Assembly: GCA_028713915.1 (NCBI GenBank)
Contig: JAQTNK010000009.1
Coordinates: 46,857-110,856 of the forward strand
Source: Rhodocyclaceae bacterium
Lineage (GTDB): Bacteria > Pseudomonadota > Gammaproteobacteria > Burkholderiales > Rhodocyclaceae
Length of the DNA stretch: 64,000 bases
Reading direction: 5' to 3'
Positions 1 through 12,761 of the stretch are shown here, piece by piece. Below the pieces are notes generated by a model, which saw only the letters and a program-made list of their open reading frames with translations, had not been told where the DNA came from and made no database searches. Position 1 is the stretch's first letter. Every line of letters starts with the position of its first letter. The position numbers were made by a program, and so were the translations under genes.

Positions 1-118
1 GCGCCTTGCGGATGAGCTTTTCGCTGCCGGCGTAGTGCTCGCAGGCGGCGAGCGCCGGAAAAGGCTTCCCGGCGCCCAGGTAGAGCGCTTGGGCGGGGTG
101 GAGTGGTGAGACGCTCAT
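1..118 (-). CDS. partial CDS (first 39 codons only, continues beyond window edge); possibly an HpcH/HpaI aldolase / citrate-lyase-beta-like protein
   Basis: ATG at 118-116 on the minus strand, GGGAAGG Shine-Dalgarno just upstream, 21 nt downstream of the mdh stop. Reads MSVSPLHPAQALYLGAGKPFPALAACEHYAGSEKLIRKA. The family guess rests only on a remembered xHYAGSEKL N-terminal motif and mdh-citE-like synteny. Confidence 0.3.
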   Translation of the reverse strand, partial: MSVSPLHPAQALYLGAGKPFPALAACEHYAGSEKLIRKA

Positions 119-139
119 GCCTTCCCGCCCGCCTCTGGA

Positions 140-1132
140 TCAGCCCAGCAGATCCTTGACGCCGTCGCGCTCTTCGGTGAGTTCCTTGAGCGTGAAGTCC
201 ATCTTCTCGCGCGAGAAGGCGTCGATCTCGAGGCCCTTGACGACTTCCCACTTGCCGTCGGCGCAGGTGCAGGGCATGCCGTAGATCATGCCTTCGGGAA
301 TGCCGTAGGAGCCGTCGGAAACGACGCCCATGGTGACCCACTTGCCGTTGGTGCCGGCATTCCAGTCGCGCATGTGGCCGATGGCGGCGTTGGCGGCGGA
401 GGCGGCGGAAGACAGGCCGCGCGCTTCGATGATGGCGGCGCCGCGCTTGCCGACCTTGGGAATGTATTCGTTCTTGTACCAGGCGTCGTCGTTGATGAGC
501 GCCGGGGCGGGTTTGCCGGCGACGGTGGCGAAGCGGATGTCCGGGTACATCGTCGGCGAGTGGTTGCCCCACACGACCATCTTTTCGATGTCGGTCACCG
601 CGGCCTGGGTGCGCGCGGCGAGTTGCGAAACCGCGCGGTTGTGATCGAGGCGCATCATCGAGGTGAAGGCCGTTTTCGGCAGGCTCTTCGCCGTGTTCAT
701 GGTGATCAGCGCGTTGGTGTTGGCGGGGTTGCCGACGACGATGAGCTTGAGATCGCGGGCCGCGACTTCGTCGATCGCCTTGCCTTGCGCCGTGAAGATC
801 TTGGCATTTTCCAGCAGCAGGTCCTTGCGCTCCATGCCGGGGCCGCGCGGACGGGCGCCGACGAGCAGCGCCTGCTGGGCATCCTTGAAGGCGACCTTGG
901 GGTCGGCGGTGCCGATCATGTCGGCGAGCAGCGGGAAGGCGCAGTCTTCCAGTTCCATCATCACGCCCTTCAAGGCCTGCTGGGCTTTGTCCATGGGCAG
1001 TTCCAGCATTTGCAGGATGACCGGCTGATCCTTGCCGAGCATTTCGCCGCTGGCGATACGGAACAGCAGGGCGTAACCGATTTGTCCGGCGGCGCCGGTC
1101 ACGGCAACTCGAACGGGGGCTTTGGCCATCAT
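140..1132 (-). CDS. mdh: malate dehydrogenase (LDH-like type 2 MDH)
   Basis: 330-aa ORF. N-terminus [37 protein letters not shown] with the GAAGQIG Rossmann motif; GNPANTNA and WGNHS motifs. Confidence 0.95.
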   Translation of the reverse strand: MMAKAPVRVAVTGAAGQIGYALLFRIASGEMLGKDQPVILQMLELPMDKAQQALKGVMMELEDCAFPLLADMIGTADPKVAFKDAQQALLVGARPRGPGMERKDLLLENAKIFTAQGKAIDEVAARDLKLIVVGNPANTNALITMNTAKSLPKTAFTSMMRLDHNRAVSQLAARTQAAVTDIEKMVVWGNHSPTMYPDIRFATVAGKPAPALINDDAWYKNEYIPKVGKRGAAIIEARGLSSAASAANAAIGHMRDWNAGTNGKWVTMGVVSDGSYGIPEGMIYGMPCTCADGKWEVVKGLEIDAFSREKMDFTLKELTEERDGVKDLLG

Positions 1133-1273
1133 GGACTCCTTGACGAGGTTGGGTTGTAAAGTCAGTGTCGTGCCAGTTTAGGCGCGCCGGCAGGAAAGCG
1201 GCGAAGTTGCCGTCTGCCCCCGCCGGAGAGACGGCGAATCCTAGACCTTTTCTCCGTGGCCTGTCAATAGTTA

Positions 1274-1299
1274 TCTTATGTCTTATAGTAGACATAAGA
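1274..1299. promoter_or_regulatory. candidate GntR/HutC-type operator: perfect 10-6-10 inverted repeat TCTTATGTCT-tatagt-AGACATAAGA
   Basis: Read directly. It lies in an AT-rich island within the 201-bp divergent mdh / gntR-sdh intergenic region. The core GTCT...AGAC and the neighbouring TGTATAGAC (1302-1310) resemble the GT-n-TA-n-AC logic of GntR-family operators. Confidence 0.5.
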
Positions 1300-1333
1300 C
1301 GATGTATAGACGTCGATAGAATTTTATGTTTCA

Positions 1334-2071
1334 ATGCCGCCCATGGTGCAAGAGTCCCCGACTTTCAGTCCCCTGTATCGGCAGATCAAGGGCTTGATCC
1401 TGCAAGCCCTGGAAGCTGGCGAATGGCGTCCCGGCGAGGCTATCCCGTCGGAGACCGAACTCGCTGCCCGCTTCAGCGTCAGCCAAGGCACGGTGCGCAA
1501 GGCCATCGACGAGATGGCGGCCGATAACCTGCTATTGCGGCGCCAGGGCAAGGGCACCTTCGTCGCCTCGCATTCCGATCCGCGTGCCTTCTTCCGCTTC
1601 CTGCGCCTCGTGCCGCTGGCGGGCGGCATCGAACCGTCGACGAGCGTGCCGCTCGAATGCTGGCGCGCCAAGGCCGGCCAGGAGGCGGCGCGGACGCTGG
1701 GCATCAAGCTTGGCGATCCGATCATCATCGTGCGTCGCTTGCTGCAGTTCTCCTCGAAGCCGGTCGTCGTCGACGAAATCTACTTGCCGGGCGAGACCTT
1801 CGCCGGCCTCAGCCTGGACGTGCTCAAGGATTCGCATGGCAGCCTCTATAGCCTGTTCGAGTCGCGCTTCGGCGTGCGCATGATCCGCGCCGAGGAGCGC
1901 ATCCGCGCCGTGGCGGCCGATCGCGCCACGGCCGAATTGCTGCGCGTGGCGGAAGGCAGTCCGTTGCTCTCGGTGGAGCGAGTCAGCTACACGTATGGCG
2001 ACAAGCCGGTCGAGTGGCGGCGCGGGCTGTATTCGACGGCGGACCACTGCTACTACAACGATCTCGGCTAA
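1334..2071 (+). CDS. GntR family (HutC subfamily, UTRA effector domain) transcriptional regulator
   Basis: 245-aa ORF. N-terminal wHTH YRQIKGLILQALEAGEWRPGEAIPSETELAARFSVSQGTVRKAIDEM; C-terminal UTRA-like region. Start may be 1334 or 1343. Confidence 0.9.
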   Translation: MPPMVQESPTFSPLYRQIKGLILQALEAGEWRPGEAIPSETELAARFSVSQGTVRKAIDEMAADNLLLRRQGKGTFVASHSDPRAFFRFLRLVPLAGGIEPSTSVPLECWRAKAGQEAARTLGIKLGDPIIIVRRLLQFSSKPVVVDEIYLPGETFAGLSLDVLKDSHGSLYSLFESRFGVRMIRAEERIRAVAADRATAELLRVAEGSPLLSVERVSYTYGDKPVEWRRGLYSTADHCYYNDLG

Positions 2072-2170
2072 GCGGCGATGCGGCGGGTTTATAATCAGAA
2101 TTTTTGCTGATGAACTAAGTGGCGCTGATGTGGTTGGATTGTGCGCCGCGTCAATACGGGAGTTCAATCT

Positions 2171-2563
2171 ATGACTGAAATAATCAAGCGGCGTCCCAAA
2201 TACCTGAATCTCGTGGAGATAAAGCTCCCGTTGGCCGGCTTTGCCTCCATCTTGCACCGCGTCAGCGGCATCGGCCTCTTCCTGATGCTGCCGCTCCTCA
2301 TCTGGCTGTTGCAGCTTTCCCTGGCGTCGGCGGAAAGTTTCGAGACGTTGAGCGCGGTGGTCGCCCATCCCCTCGTCAAGCTGATCCTGCTGGGCTTGTT
2401 GTGGGCCTTCCTGCATCACTTCTGCATGGGCATCCGCATCCTGCTGATCGACGTGCAAATCGGCGTCGAAAAAGAACAGGCGCGCGCTTCGGCCAAGGCG
2501 GTGCTGGCCGTGAGCCTGGCGCTGACGGCGGTCCTCGGCCTGAAACTTCTCGGAGCCTACTGA
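2171..2563 (+). CDS. sdhC: succinate dehydrogenase cytochrome b556 subunit
   Basis: ATG at 2171 with GGGAG SD (track ORF begins at a GTG at 2141). MTEIIKRRPKYLNLVEIKLPLAGFASILHRVSGI matches the SdhC N-terminus with heme-ligand His. Three predicted TM helices. First gene of sdhCDAB. Confidence 0.85.
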   Translation: MTEIIKRRPKYLNLVEIKLPLAGFASILHRVSGIGLFLMLPLLIWLLQLSLASAESFETLSAVVAHPLVKLILLGLLWAFLHHFCMGIRILLIDVQIGVEKEQARASAKAVLAVSLALTAVLGLKLLGAY

Positions 2564-2564
2564 T

Positions 2565-2906
2565 ATGAACCGCATCGTCGTCGGCGCCCACTACGGCCTC
2601 AAGGATTGGCTGGTGCAACGCGTCACCGCCGTGGTCATGGCGCTCTATACCCTGTTGATGATCGTCGCGGTGCCGACTGCCGCCGGCGGCTACGACGGCT
2701 GGCGCGCACTGATGTCGCACGGCCTCATCCGCTTCGCCAGCTTCGTGTTCATCGTCTGTCTTTGCTACCACGCCTGGGTCGGCGTGCGCGACATCTGGAT
2801 GGACTACGTCAAACCGACTGCCGTGCGCCTGATTCTGCACGCGCTGACGCTACTTGCCCTGGTCGGCTACGCCGGCTGGGCGACCCAGATCATTTGGAGG
2901 CTCTGA
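2565..2906 (+). CDS. sdhD: succinate dehydrogenase hydrophobic membrane anchor subunit
   Basis: 113-aa hydrophobic ORF starting 1 nt after the sdhC stop. [18 protein letters not shown] and [16 protein letters not shown] motifs. Located between sdhC and sdhA. Confidence 0.85.
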   Translation: MNRIVVGAHYGLKDWLVQRVTAVVMALYTLLMIVAVPTAAGGYDGWRALMSHGLIRFASFVFIVCLCYHAWVGVRDIWMDYVKPTAVRLILHALTLLALVGYAGWATQIIWRL

Positions 2907-2908
2907 GC

Positions 2909-4702
2909 ATGGCCGCGAAATACGCGATTCGCAAATTCGATGCGGTGATCGTCGGCGCCGGCGGCGCCGGCCTGCGCGCTGCCATCCAGCTGTCGGAAGC
3001 CGGTCTCAAGACCGCCGTCATCTCCAAGGTCTTTCCGACCCGTTCGCATACGGTGGCCGCCCAGGGTGGCGTTGCGGCGTCGCTCGGCAACTCCGAGGAA
3101 GACCACTGGCACTGGCACATGTACGACACCATCAAGGGCTCCGACTGGCTCGGCGACCAGGATGCCATCGAGTTCATGTGCCGCAAGGCCAACGAGGTCG
3201 TCGTCGAGCTCGAGCATTACGGCATGCCTTTCGATCGCACCGATGCCGGCAAGATCTATCAGCGCCCGTTCGGCGGCCACATGTCGAACTTCGGCGAGAA
3301 GCCGGTGCGCCGTTCCTGCGCCGCCGCCGACCGTACCGGCCACGCCATGCTGCACGCGATGTACCAGCGCAACGTCAAGGCCAACACGCAGTTCTTCGTC
3401 GAATGGCAGGCGCTGGACCTGATCCGCGACGCCGAGGGCGAAGTGCTGGGCGTGACCGCGATGGACATGGAGACCGGCGAGATTGTCGTCTTCCACGCCA
3501 AGGCGACCATTTTCGCCACGGGCGGCGCCGGGCGCATCTTCCACAGTTCCACCAACGCCTTCATCAACACCGGCGACGGCCTCGGCATGGCGGCGCGCGC
3601 CGGCATTCCGCTTGAGGACATGGAGTTCTGGCAATTCCACCCGACCGGCGTCGCCGGCGCCGGCGTGCTGATCACCGAAGGCGTGCGCGGCGAAGGCGGC
3701 ATCCTGCGGAATTCGCAGGGCGAGCGCTTCATGGAGCGCTATGCGCCGAATGCCAAGGATCTCGCGTCGCGCGACGTGGTCTCGCGCGCCATGGTCACCG
3801 AAATCAACGAAGGCCGCGGCTGCGGACCGAACAAGGATTTCGTGCTGCTCGACATCACCCACCTGCCGCCCGAGACCATCATGAAGCGCCTGCCCGGCAT
3901 TCACGAAATCGCGGTGCAATTCGCCGGCGTCGATGCGCTCAAGGAACCGATCCCGGTGGTGCCGACCGCGCACTACCAGATGGGCGGCATCCCGACCAAC
4001 TACCACGGCCAGGTCGTCATGCCGCAGGGCAACAGCCAGAACGCCGTCGTGCCGGGCTTCTATGCCGCCGGCGAATGCGCCTGCGCCTCGGTGCACGGCG
4101 CCAACCGCCTCGGCACCAATTCGCTGCTCGATCTGCTGGTGTTCGGCAAGTCGGCCGGCGAGAGCGCCGTCGAGGAACTCAAGAAGTCGCCGAAGGCGCA
4201 CAAGGAACTGCACCAGGAGTCGATCGACAAGACCCTGGAGCGGCTGGCGCGCCTCGATGAGCAGAAGGGCGGCGCCAGCGTGCACGACACGCGGCTGACA
4301 TTGCAGCGCACGATGCAGAACCACTGCGGCGTGTTCCGCTTCGCCGACAAGCTCAAGGAAGGTGTGCAAAAAATCCTCGACGTCCAGAAGGACGTGCAGC
4401 GCACCGAGATCAAGGACAAGTCCAAGGTCTTTAACACGGCGCGCATCGAGGCGCTGGAACTCGACAACCTGATCGAAGTCGCCGTCGCGACGATGGTTTC
4501 CGCCGAGGCGCGCAAGGAATCGCGCGGCGCCCATGTGCGCGACGATGCGCCCGATACGGCGGCCAATCCCAACGGCCGCGACGACAAGAACTGGCTCAAG
4601 CACACCCTGTGGTTCAAGGAAGGCAACCGCCTCGACTACAAGTCCGTGAAGCTGACGCCGCTCACCGTCGAGAGCATCGCGCTGAAGACGCGCGCTTACT
4701 GA
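2909..4702 (+). CDS. sdhA: succinate dehydrogenase flavoprotein subunit
   Basis: In-frame ATG at 2909 inside track ORF 2606-4702. [28 protein letters not shown] fold; [10 protein letters not shown] (covalent FAD His); HPTG; HGANRLG. Confidence 0.97.
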   Translation: MAAKYAIRKFDAVIVGAGGAGLRAAIQLSEAGLKTAVISKVFPTRSHTVAAQGGVAASLGNSEEDHWHWHMYDTIKGSDWLGDQDAIEFMCRKANEVVVELEHYGMPFDRTDAGKIYQRPFGGHMSNFGEKPVRRSCAAADRTGHAMLHAMYQRNVKANTQFFVEWQALDLIRDAEGEVLGVTAMDMETGEIVVFHAKATIFATGGAGRIFHSSTNAFINTGDGLGMAARAGIPLEDMEFWQFHPTGVAGAGVLITEGVRGEGGILRNSQGERFMERYAPNAKDLASRDVVSRAMVTEINEGRGCGPNKDFVLLDITHLPPETIMKRLPGIHEIAVQFAGVDALKEPIPVVPTAHYQMGGIPTNYHGQVVMPQGNSQNAVVPGFYAAGECACASVHGANRLGTNSLLDLLVFGKSAGESAVEELKKSPKAHKELHQESIDKTLERLARLDEQKGGASVHDTRLTLQRTMQNHCGVFRFADKLKEGVQKILDVQKDVQRTEIKDKSKVFNTARIEALELDNLIEVAVATMVSAEARKESRGAHVRDDAPDTAANPNGRDDKNWLKHTLWFKEGNRLDYKSVKLTPLTVESIALKTRAY

Positions 4703-4716
4703 AAAAGGCCACCGCG

Positions 4717-5430
4717 ATGACACGCAACATTCAATTCAAGATCTACCGCTACGATCCGGACAAGGATGCCAAGCCGTACATGCAGGACATCTCCGTCGAG
4801 ATCGATGCCACCGACCGCAAGCTGCTCGACGTCATGGTGAAGCTCAAGGCCAAGGATGATTCGATCGCCTTCCGCCGCTCCTGCCGCGAGGGCGTCTGCG
4901 GTTCCGACGCGCTCAACATCAACGGCAAGAACGGACTGGCCTGCCTCACCGCCATCGACGACCTGCCGACCGACAAGCCCATCGTGCTGCGGCCGCTGCC
5001 GGGCCTGCCGGTGATCCGCGACCTCATCGTCGACATGACGCAGTTCTTCAAGCAGTACCACTCGATCAAGCCGTACCTGATCAACAACGATCCGCCGCCG
5101 GAGCGCGAACGCCTGCAATCGCCCGAGGACCGCGAGGAGCTGAACGGCCTCTACGAGTGCATCCTCTGCGCCTGCTGCTCGACCTCCTGCCCGTCGTTCT
5201 GGTGGAACCCCGACAAGTTCGTCGGCCCGGCTGGTCTGCTGGCCGCCTACCGCTTCATCGCCGATACGCGCGACCAGGCCACCAGCGAGCGCCTCGACGA
5301 CCTCGACGATCCCTACCGCCTGTTCCGCTGCCACACCATCATGAACTGCGTCGACGTCTGCCCGAAGGGTCTCAACCCGACGAAGGCGATCGGCAAGATC
5401 AAGGACATGATGGTGAAGCGGGCAATCTAG
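4717..5430 (+). CDS. sdhB: succinate dehydrogenase iron-sulfur subunit
   Basis: ATG at 4717 inside track ORF 4609-5430. MTRNIQFKIYRYDPDKD; cysteine clusters CREGVCGSDA, CILCACCSTSCP, CHTIMNCVDVCP. Confidence 0.97.
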   Translation: MTRNIQFKIYRYDPDKDAKPYMQDISVEIDATDRKLLDVMVKLKAKDDSIAFRRSCREGVCGSDALNINGKNGLACLTAIDDLPTDKPIVLRPLPGLPVIRDLIVDMTQFFKQYHSIKPYLINNDPPPERERLQSPEDREELNGLYECILCACCSTSCPSFWWNPDKFVGPAGLLAAYRFIADTRDQATSERLDDLDDPYRLFRCHTIMNCVDVCPKGLNPTKAIGKIKDMMVKRAI

Positions 5431-5432
5431 CA

Positions 5433-5702
5433 ATGACCGAACAGCAGCGCATCCGCCGCGAACGATTGCGCTGGCATTGCCGGCGGGCGCTGCTGGAGCT
5501 GGACATCGTTTTCCAGCGCTTCTGGGCGCGCACGGGAGACGAGCTGGACGATGCGACCGCGGCCACGCTGGAGCGGTTGCTCGAAATGGAAGACCACGAT
5601 TTGTGGGAGTTGGTGAGCGGACGGACGGCGACGGACGATCCGCAAATAAAAGGCATGGTCGACAGCTTGCGCGCATTGCGCGCGGCGGATGGCCATGGTT
5701 AG
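5433..5702 (+). CDS. sdhE: succinate dehydrogenase assembly factor 2 (SdhE / DUF339 family)
   Basis: 89-aa ORF starting 2 nt after the sdhB stop. [21 protein letters not shown] (RGxxE-type motif region) and DHDLWELV. Conserved position between sdhB and gltA. Confidence 0.8.
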   Translation: MTEQQRIRRERLRWHCRRALLELDIVFQRFWARTGDELDDATAATLERLLEMEDHDLWELVSGRTATDDPQIKGMVDSLRALRAADGHG

Positions 5703-5727
5703 TGGCAACCTCGCAGAGGGCATTCAA

Positions 5728-7020
<1,293 letters not shown>

Positions 7021-7078
7021 TTCGATACCCGAGCGAGGCGACGCAGAGCGCCGCTCGCCCAACAGAGAAGGTGATGAC

Positions 7079-9907
7079 ATGATGAACCAGATGTTGTCCA
7101 ACTCGTACCTCTTCGGTGCCAACGCGCCCTTCATCGAGGAGTTGTACGAGAGCTACCTCGTCAATCCCGGCGCCGTCGAGCCGGCCTGGCGCGACTATTT
7201 CGACAAGCTGTCGAATCTTCCCGGCGCCGGCAACTACACCGGGCCGGACGTCGCCCACATGCCGGTCATCAACTCCTTCGCCATTCGCGCCAAGGAAGGC
7301 ACGCTGCATGCGCCGGCGCGCGGCACGGCGCCCAACGAAAGCCAGGTCAAGGTGTTGCAGCTCATCAACGCCTACCGCTTCCTCGGCAACCGCTGGGCCA
7401 ACCTCGATCCGCTCAAGCGCCACGAGCGCGCCGCCGTGGCGGAACTCGAGCCGTCGTATTACGGCTTCACCGAAGCCGATCTCGGCCAGAGCTTCCGCAC
7501 CGGCTCCTTCGCCGCGATCCCGGAGCCGGCGACGCTGCGCGAAATCCTCGAGGCCTGCCGCCAGACCTACTGCGGCACCGTCGGCGCCGAGTACATGTAT
7601 TTGTCCGACGTCGCGCAGAAGCGCTGGATCCAGGCCCGGCTCGAGCCGAGCCGCGGCACGCCGGTCTACGATGCCGAAAACAAGAAGCGCTTCCTGCGCC
7701 AGCTCACCGCGGCGGAAACGCTGGAACGCTATCTGCATACGCGCTACGTCGGCCAGAAGCGCTTCTCGCTCGAAGGCGGCGAATCCCTGATCGTGGCGAT
7801 GGACCAGCTGATCCGCACGGCCGGCAGCATCGGCGTGCAGGAGATCGTCATCGGCATGGCTCATCGCGGCCGCCTCAACGTCCTCGTCAATACGCTGGGC
7901 AAGCAGCCGAAGATGCTGTTCGAGGAATTCGAGGGCAAGAAGGAGCAGGTGCTGGCCGCCGGCGACGTCAAGTACCACATGGGCTATTCGTCCGACGTCG
8001 GCACGCCCGGCGGCCCGGTGCACCTGACGCTGGCCTTCAATCCCTCGCACCTGGAAATCGTCAATCCCGTCGTCGCCGGCTCGGTCTATGCGCGCCAGGT
8101 GCGGCGTGGTTTGGCCGGCAAGGCGCAGGCGCTGCCGGTGCTGATCCACGGCGACGCCGCGGTGGCCGGCCAGGGCGTGAATCAGGAGATGCTCAATTTT
8201 TCGCAGACGCGCGGCTACGGCACCGGCGGCACCGTGCATATCGTCGTCAATAACCAGATCGGCTTCACCACGTCCGATTTGCGCGACTATCGTTCCTCGC
8301 TCTATTGCACCGACCTCTTCAAGATGGTCGAGGCGCCGATCTTCCACGTCAACGGCGACGATCCCGAAGCCGTCGCCTTCATCACGCAGATGGCCATGGA
8401 ATTCCGCCAGGAGTTCGGCAAGGACGTCGTCGTCGATATCGTCTGCTTCCGCAAGCTCGGCCACAACGAGCAGGACGAGCCGATGGTGACGCAGCCGCTG
8501 ATGTACAAGAAGGTCGCCGTGCATCCCGGCACGCGCAAGCTCTACGCCGACAAGCTCGCGGCGCAGGGCGTCATCGCCGCCGACGGCGGCGAGCAGATGA
8601 TCAAGGACTACCGCGCCGCGCTCGACGCCGGCCACCACCTGATCGACCCGGTGATTTCCGATTACCACAGCAAGTTCGCGATCGACTGGACGCCCTACGT
8701 CGGCGTGCCGTATACGGAAAAGTGCAACACCACCGTGTCCAAGGCGGAGCTCCAGCGCCTGGCCAAGTGCCTGACGGACATTCCGGCCAACTTCACGCTG
8801 CAGTCGCGCGTGCAGAAGATCATCGACGACCGCAAGCTGATGGGCGAAGGCAAGTTGCCGGTCGACTGGGGCATGGGCGAGAACCTCGCCTACGCTTCGC
8901 TCGTCGCTGCCGGCCACAGCGTGCGCGTGTCCGGCGAGGACGTCGGCCGCGGCACCTTCTTCCACCGCCACGCGGCGCTGCACGACCAGAATCGCGAGAA
9001 ATGGGACGAGGGCACCTACTGGCCGCTCCAGCACATCCAGGAGAACCAGGGCCGCTTCCTCTGCTTCGATTCGGTGCTCTCCGAGGAAGCCGTGCTGGCC
9101 TTCGAGTACGGCTACGCCACGGCGACGCCGACCGAATTGGTGATCTGGGAAGCGCAGTTCGGCGATTTCGCCAACGGCGCCCAGGTCGTCATCGACCAGT
9201 TCCTGTCGTCGGGCGAAGCCAAGTGGGGCCGCGGCTGCGGCCTCGTGCTGCTGCTGCCGCACGGCTACGAGGGCCAGGGCCCCGAGCATTCGTCGGCGCG
9301 CCTCGAACGCTACATGCAGTTGTCGGCCGAGTTCAACTGGGAAGTCTGCTATCCGTCGAATGCGGCGCAGATCTTCCACCTGCTGCGCCGGCAGATGCTG
9401 CGCAAGCAGCGGAAGCCCCTCATCGTCATGACGCCGAAGTCGCTGCTGCGGCACAAGGACGCCGCCTGCACGCTCGATGACCTGGCGAACGGCACCTTCC
9501 AGACGATCATCGGCGATGCCGGCCTGGAAGATGCCAAGAAGGTGACGCGCGTCGTCACCTGCACCGGCAAGATCTACTTCGACCTGCTGGCGGCGCGCCG
9601 CGAGCGCAAGATCGACAACGTCGCCCTGATCCGCGTCGAGCAGCTCTATCCGTTCGACGATCGCCGCCTGGCCGAGGAGTTGAAGCGCTACCCGAACTTC
9701 AAGGAACTGATCTGGTGCCAGGAGGAACCGAAGAACCAGGGCGCCTGGTACGCCAAGCATCACCGCCTCGAGCCGCTGTTGAAGAAGGGCCAGACGCTCG
9801 ACGTCGTGTCGCGGCCGCCCTCCGCTTCGCCGGCCGTCGGCTATGCCGCCAAGCATGTGCTGCAGCAAAAAGAAGTCGTCAACGCCGCCCTCGGCATCAA
9901 AGAATAG
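7079..9907 (+). CDS. sucA: 2-oxoglutarate dehydrogenase E1 component
   Basis: 942-aa [28 protein letters not shown]-terminus; [11 protein letters not shown]; [11 protein letters not shown]; [22 protein letters not shown]. Confidence 0.97.
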   Translation: MMNQMLSNSYLFGANAPFIEELYESYLVNPGAVEPAWRDYFDKLSNLPGAGNYTGPDVAHMPVINSFAIRAKEGTLHAPARGTAPNESQVKVLQLINAYRFLGNRWANLDPLKRHERAAVAELEPSYYGFTEADLGQSFRTGSFAAIPEPATLREILEACRQTYCGTVGAEYMYLSDVAQKRWIQARLEPSRGTPVYDAENKKRFLRQLTAAETLERYLHTRYVGQKRFSLEGGESLIVAMDQLIRTAGSIGVQEIVIGMAHRGRLNVLVNTLGKQPKMLFEEFEGKKEQVLAAGDVKYHMGYSSDVGTPGGPVHLTLAFNPSHLEIVNPVVAGSVYARQVRRGLAGKAQALPVLIHGDAAVAGQGVNQEMLNFSQTRGYGTGGTVHIVVNNQIGFTTSDLRDYRSSLYCTDLFKMVEAPIFHVNGDDPEAVAFITQMAMEFRQEFGKDVVVDIVCFRKLGHNEQDEPMVTQPLMYKKVAVHPGTRKLYADKLAAQGVIAADGGEQMIKDYRAALDAGHHLIDPVISDYHSKFAIDWTPYVGVPYTEKCNTTVSKAELQRLAKCLTDIPANFTLQSRVQKIIDDRKLMGEGKLPVDWGMGENLAYASLVAAGHSVRVSGEDVGRGTFFHRHAALHDQNREKWDEGTYWPLQHIQENQGRFLCFDSVLSEEAVLAFEYGYATATPTELVIWEAQFGDFANGAQVVIDQFLSSGEAKWGRGCGLVLLLPHGYEGQGPEHSSARLERYMQLSAEFNWEVCYPSNAAQIFHLLRRQMLRKQRKPLIVMTPKSLLRHKDAACTLDDLANGTFQTIIGDAGLEDAKKVTRVVTCTGKIYFDLLAARRERKIDNVALIRVEQLYPFDDRRLAEELKRYPNFKELIWCQEEPKNQGAWYAKHHRLEPLLKKGQTLDVVSRPPSASPAVGYAAKHVLQQKEVVNAALGIKE

Positions 9908-9921
9908 CCCCCGGAGACATC

Positions 9922-11166
9922 ATGCTGATCGAAGTCAAAATTCCCCAGCTATCCGAATCGGTCGCCGAAGCGACTTTGGTCAGCTGGCATAAAAAGGAGG
10001 GCGACGCCGTCGCCCGCGACGAAAACCTGATCGACATCGAGACCGACAAGGTGGTGCTTGAACTGCCGGCTCCCGAAGCCGGCGTGCTGGTGAAGATCAT
10101 CAAGGGCAACGGCGAATCCGTCGCCTCGGGCGATCTCATCGCCCAGATCGACACCGAGGCGAAGGCCGCTGCGGCGCCCGCGGCGGCGCCCGCCGCCAAG
10201 GCCGCGCCAGCGGCGGCGAAGGCTGCTGCCGCCGTGCCGGCAGGCGTCGGCCCCGCCGCGCGCAAGGCGCTGGCGGAGAAGGGCATCGACGCCTCGATGG
10301 TGCAGGGCAGCGGCCCCGGCGGCCGCGTCACCAAGGCCGACGTGCTCGGCACGGCGACGCCCGCCGCGCCCGCCGCCGCCAGGCCTGCGCCCGCCGCGGC
10401 GCCGGTGGCCGCGCGTTCGGCGCTGCCCAATCCGACCGTCGTCAGCGCCGAGGCCATCGTTGCCGAGCGCACCGAGCAGCGCGTGCCGATGTCGCGCCTG
10501 CGCGCCCGCGTCGCCGAGCGCCTTGTGCAGTCGCAATCGACCAATGCCATCCTGACGACGTTCAACGAAGTGAACATGGGGCCGGTGATCGAACTGCGCA
10601 ACAAGTACAAGGACAAGTTCGAGAAGGAGCACGGCGTCAAGCTCGGCTTCATGTCCTTCTTCGTCAAGGCGGCGGTCGCCGCGCTGAAGAAGTACCCGGT
10701 CATCAACGCCTCGGTGGACGGCAACGACATCGTCTATCACGGCTACTTCGACATCGGCATTGCCGTCGGCAGCCCGCGCGGCCTGGTGGTGCCGATCCTG
10801 CGCGACGCCGACCAGATGAGCCTCGCCCAGATCGAGAAGAAGATCGCCGAGTTCGGCCAGAAGGCCAAGGACGGCAAGCTGTCGCTCGAAGAGCTCACCG
10901 GCGGCACGTTCTCGATTTCCAACGGCGGCATTTTCGGCTCCATGCTGTCGACGCCGATCATCAATCCGCCGCAGTCGGCGATCCTCGGCATCCACGCCAC
11001 CAAGGAGCGCCCGGTGGTCGAGAACGGCCAGATCGTCATCCGCCCGATCAACTACCTCGCCATGTCCTACGACCACCGCATCATCGACGGCCGCGAGGCG
11101 GTGCTCGGCCTGGTGACCATGAAGGAAGCGCTCGAAGATCCGGCGCGCCTGCTGCTCGATATCTGA
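9922..11166 (+). CDS. sucB: dihydrolipoyllysine-residue succinyltransferase (2-OGDH E2)
   Basis: ATG at 9922 inside track ORF 9715-11166. Lipoyl domain [13 protein letters not shown]; Ala/Pro linker; catalytic tail [17 protein letters not shown]. Confidence 0.95.
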   Translation: MLIEVKIPQLSESVAEATLVSWHKKEGDAVARDENLIDIETDKVVLELPAPEAGVLVKIIKGNGESVASGDLIAQIDTEAKAAAAPAAAPAAKAAPAAAKAAAAVPAGVGPAARKALAEKGIDASMVQGSGPGGRVTKADVLGTATPAAPAAARPAPAAAPVAARSALPNPTVVSAEAIVAERTEQRVPMSRLRARVAERLVQSQSTNAILTTFNEVNMGPVIELRNKYKDKFEKEHGVKLGFMSFFVKAAVAALKKYPVINASVDGNDIVYHGYFDIGIAVGSPRGLVVPILRDADQMSLAQIEKKIAEFGQKAKDGKLSLEELTGGTFSISNGGIFGSMLSTPIINPPQSAILGIHATKERPVVENGQIVIRPINYLAMSYDHRIIDGREAVLGLVTMKEALEDPARLLLDI

Positions 11167-11180
11167 TGACTTGAACCGCC

Positions 11181-11239
11181 GAGACGCCGAGGCGCCGAGG
11201 GAAATGCGCGAGTTGGTTTTCTCCGCGCCTCGGCGTCTC
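11181..11239 (+). other. 15-bp perfect-stem hairpin in the sucB-lpdA spacer
   Basis: GAGACGCCGAGGCGC (11181-11195) pairs with GCGCCTCGGCGTCTC (11225-11239); 29-nt loop; no T-run follows. Confidence 0.4.
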
Positions 11240-11264
11240 CGCGTTTAAGAAAGGGTAACGGAAA

Positions 11265-12704
11265 ATGGCTAAACAATTTGATGTGGTGGTGATCGGCGGC
11301 GGTCCCGGCGGCTATGTGGCGGCCATCCGCGCGGCGCAACTCGGCTTTAGCACCGCCTGCGTGGAGTTCGCGTCCTTCGCCGACCCCAAGGGCGAAGTGC
11401 GCCTCGGCGGCACCTGCCTCAACGTCGGCTGCATCCCCTCGAAGGCGCTGTTGCGTTCCTCCGAACTCTACGACGAGGCGTCACATGCATTCGTCATGCA
11501 TGGGATTTCGGTCAGCGGCGTGAAGATGGATGTCGGCACGATGATCCGCCGCAAGGACAACATCGTCACGCAACTGACGTCCGGCATCAAGAGCCTGTTC
11601 AAGAAGAACAAGGTGACATTGCTGGCCGGCCTTGGCAGCTTCGCCGGACGCGAGAACGAACTCTGGCAGATCCAGGTCGCGGCCAAGGACGGCAGCACGG
11701 AAGTGGTCGATGCCAAGCATGTCATCATCGCCACCGGTTCCAGTCCGCGCCATCTCGACGGCATTCCGGTCGACAACCAGGTGATCTGCGACAACGTCGG
11801 CGCGCTCGCCTTCGATGCCGTGCCGGAACGCCTCGGCGTCATCGGCGCCGGCGTCATCGGTCTCGAACTCGGCTCGGTGTGGAAGCGCCTCGGCGCCGAC
11901 GTCACCATCCTCGAAGCGCTGCCCGATTTCCTCGGCGGCGCCGACGCGGCGGTGACCAAGGAAGCGTGGAAGGTGTTCACCCAGAAGCAGGGCCTGAAGA
12001 TCAATCTCGGCGTCAAGATCAATTCGGTCACGCCGGGCAAGAAGGGCGTCGCCATCGAATACGAGATGGGCGACGGCGCCTATACGCTCGAGGTCGATCG
12101 CCTCATCGTTTCGGTCGGCCGCGTGCCGAACACGGCGGGCCTGGGCGCCGACAACGTCGGCCTCAAGATCGACGAGCGCGGCCGCATCGAGGTCAACGGC
12201 CACTGCCAGACCAACCTCGACAACGTCTGGGCCGTCGGCGACGTCGTGCCCGGCCCGATGCTCGCGCACAAGGGCATGGAAGAGGGCGTCATGGTGGCCG
12301 AACTGATCGCCGGCCAGGCCGGCCACGTCAATTACGACACCATTCCCTACGTCATCTACACCCATCCGGAAATCGCCTGGGTCGGCAAGACCGAGCAGCA
12401 GCTCAAGAACCAGGGCGTCGACTACCGCAGCGGCCAGATTCCCTTTCTCGCCAACGGCCGCGCGCTCGGCCAGGGCGACACCCTCGGCTTCGTCAAGATG
12501 CTGGCCTGCGCCAAGACCGACCGCGTGCTCGGCGTGCATGTGATGGGCGCCAACGCCTCGGAGCTGATCGCGGAGGCCGTGGTGGCGATGGAGTTCGGCG
12601 CCTCGTCGGAAGACATCGCGCGCATCTGCCACGCCCACCCGACGCTGTCGGAAGCCATGCACGAAGCGGCGCTGGCGGTCGACAAGCGGTCGCTGCACTT
12701 CTAG
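11265..12704 (+). CDS. lpdA: dihydrolipoyl dehydrogenase (E3)
   Basis: 479-aa [24 protein letters not shown]; redox-active [16 protein letters not shown]; C-terminal HAHPTLSEA. Confidence 0.95.
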   Translation: MAKQFDVVVIGGGPGGYVAAIRAAQLGFSTACVEFASFADPKGEVRLGGTCLNVGCIPSKALLRSSELYDEASHAFVMHGISVSGVKMDVGTMIRRKDNIVTQLTSGIKSLFKKNKVTLLAGLGSFAGRENELWQIQVAAKDGSTEVVDAKHVIIATGSSPRHLDGIPVDNQVICDNVGALAFDAVPERLGVIGAGVIGLELGSVWKRLGADVTILEALPDFLGGADAAVTKEAWKVFTQKQGLKINLGVKINSVTPGKKGVAIEYEMGDGAYTLEVDRLIVSVGRVPNTAGLGADNVGLKIDERGRIEVNGHCQTNLDNVWAVGDVVPGPMLAHKGMEEGVMVAELIAGQAGHVNYDTIPYVIYTHPEIAWVGKTEQQLKNQGVDYRSGQIPFLANGRALGQGDTLGFVKMLACAKTDRVLGVHVMGANASELIAEAVVAMEFGASSEDIARICHAHPTLSEAMHEAALAVDKRSLHF

Positions 12705-12723
12705 AATCGCGCCATTCCACGGA

Positions 12724-12757
12724 CGGGGCGGCGGGGCGACTCGCCGCCCCTTGCTTT
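12724..12757 (+). terminator. putative intrinsic terminator after lpdA
   Basis: GGGGCGGCG (12724-12732) / CGCCGCCCC (12741-12749), 8-nt loop, followed by TTGCTTTC. Confidence 0.5.
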
Positions 12758-12761
12758 CACC

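Noticed and set aside
2606-2908. N-terminal extensions of track ORFs (sdhA from 2606, sucB from 9715, Memo from 43459, suhB from 20461, DAHP synthase from 32640, NifS-like from 21868, cNMP protein from 45036, and others).
   Set aside because: The extensions overlap upstream genes in other frames, have Arg/Pro-rich composition, and the conserved family N-termini begin at internal ATG/GTG codons, often with an SD or stop-start overlap.
10165-10400. Low-complexity GCC/GCG-rich repeat-like stretch.
   Set aside because: It encodes the Ala/Pro-rich flexible linkers of the E2 succinyltransferase ([22 protein letters not shown]), a normal feature of lipoyl-domain proteins.
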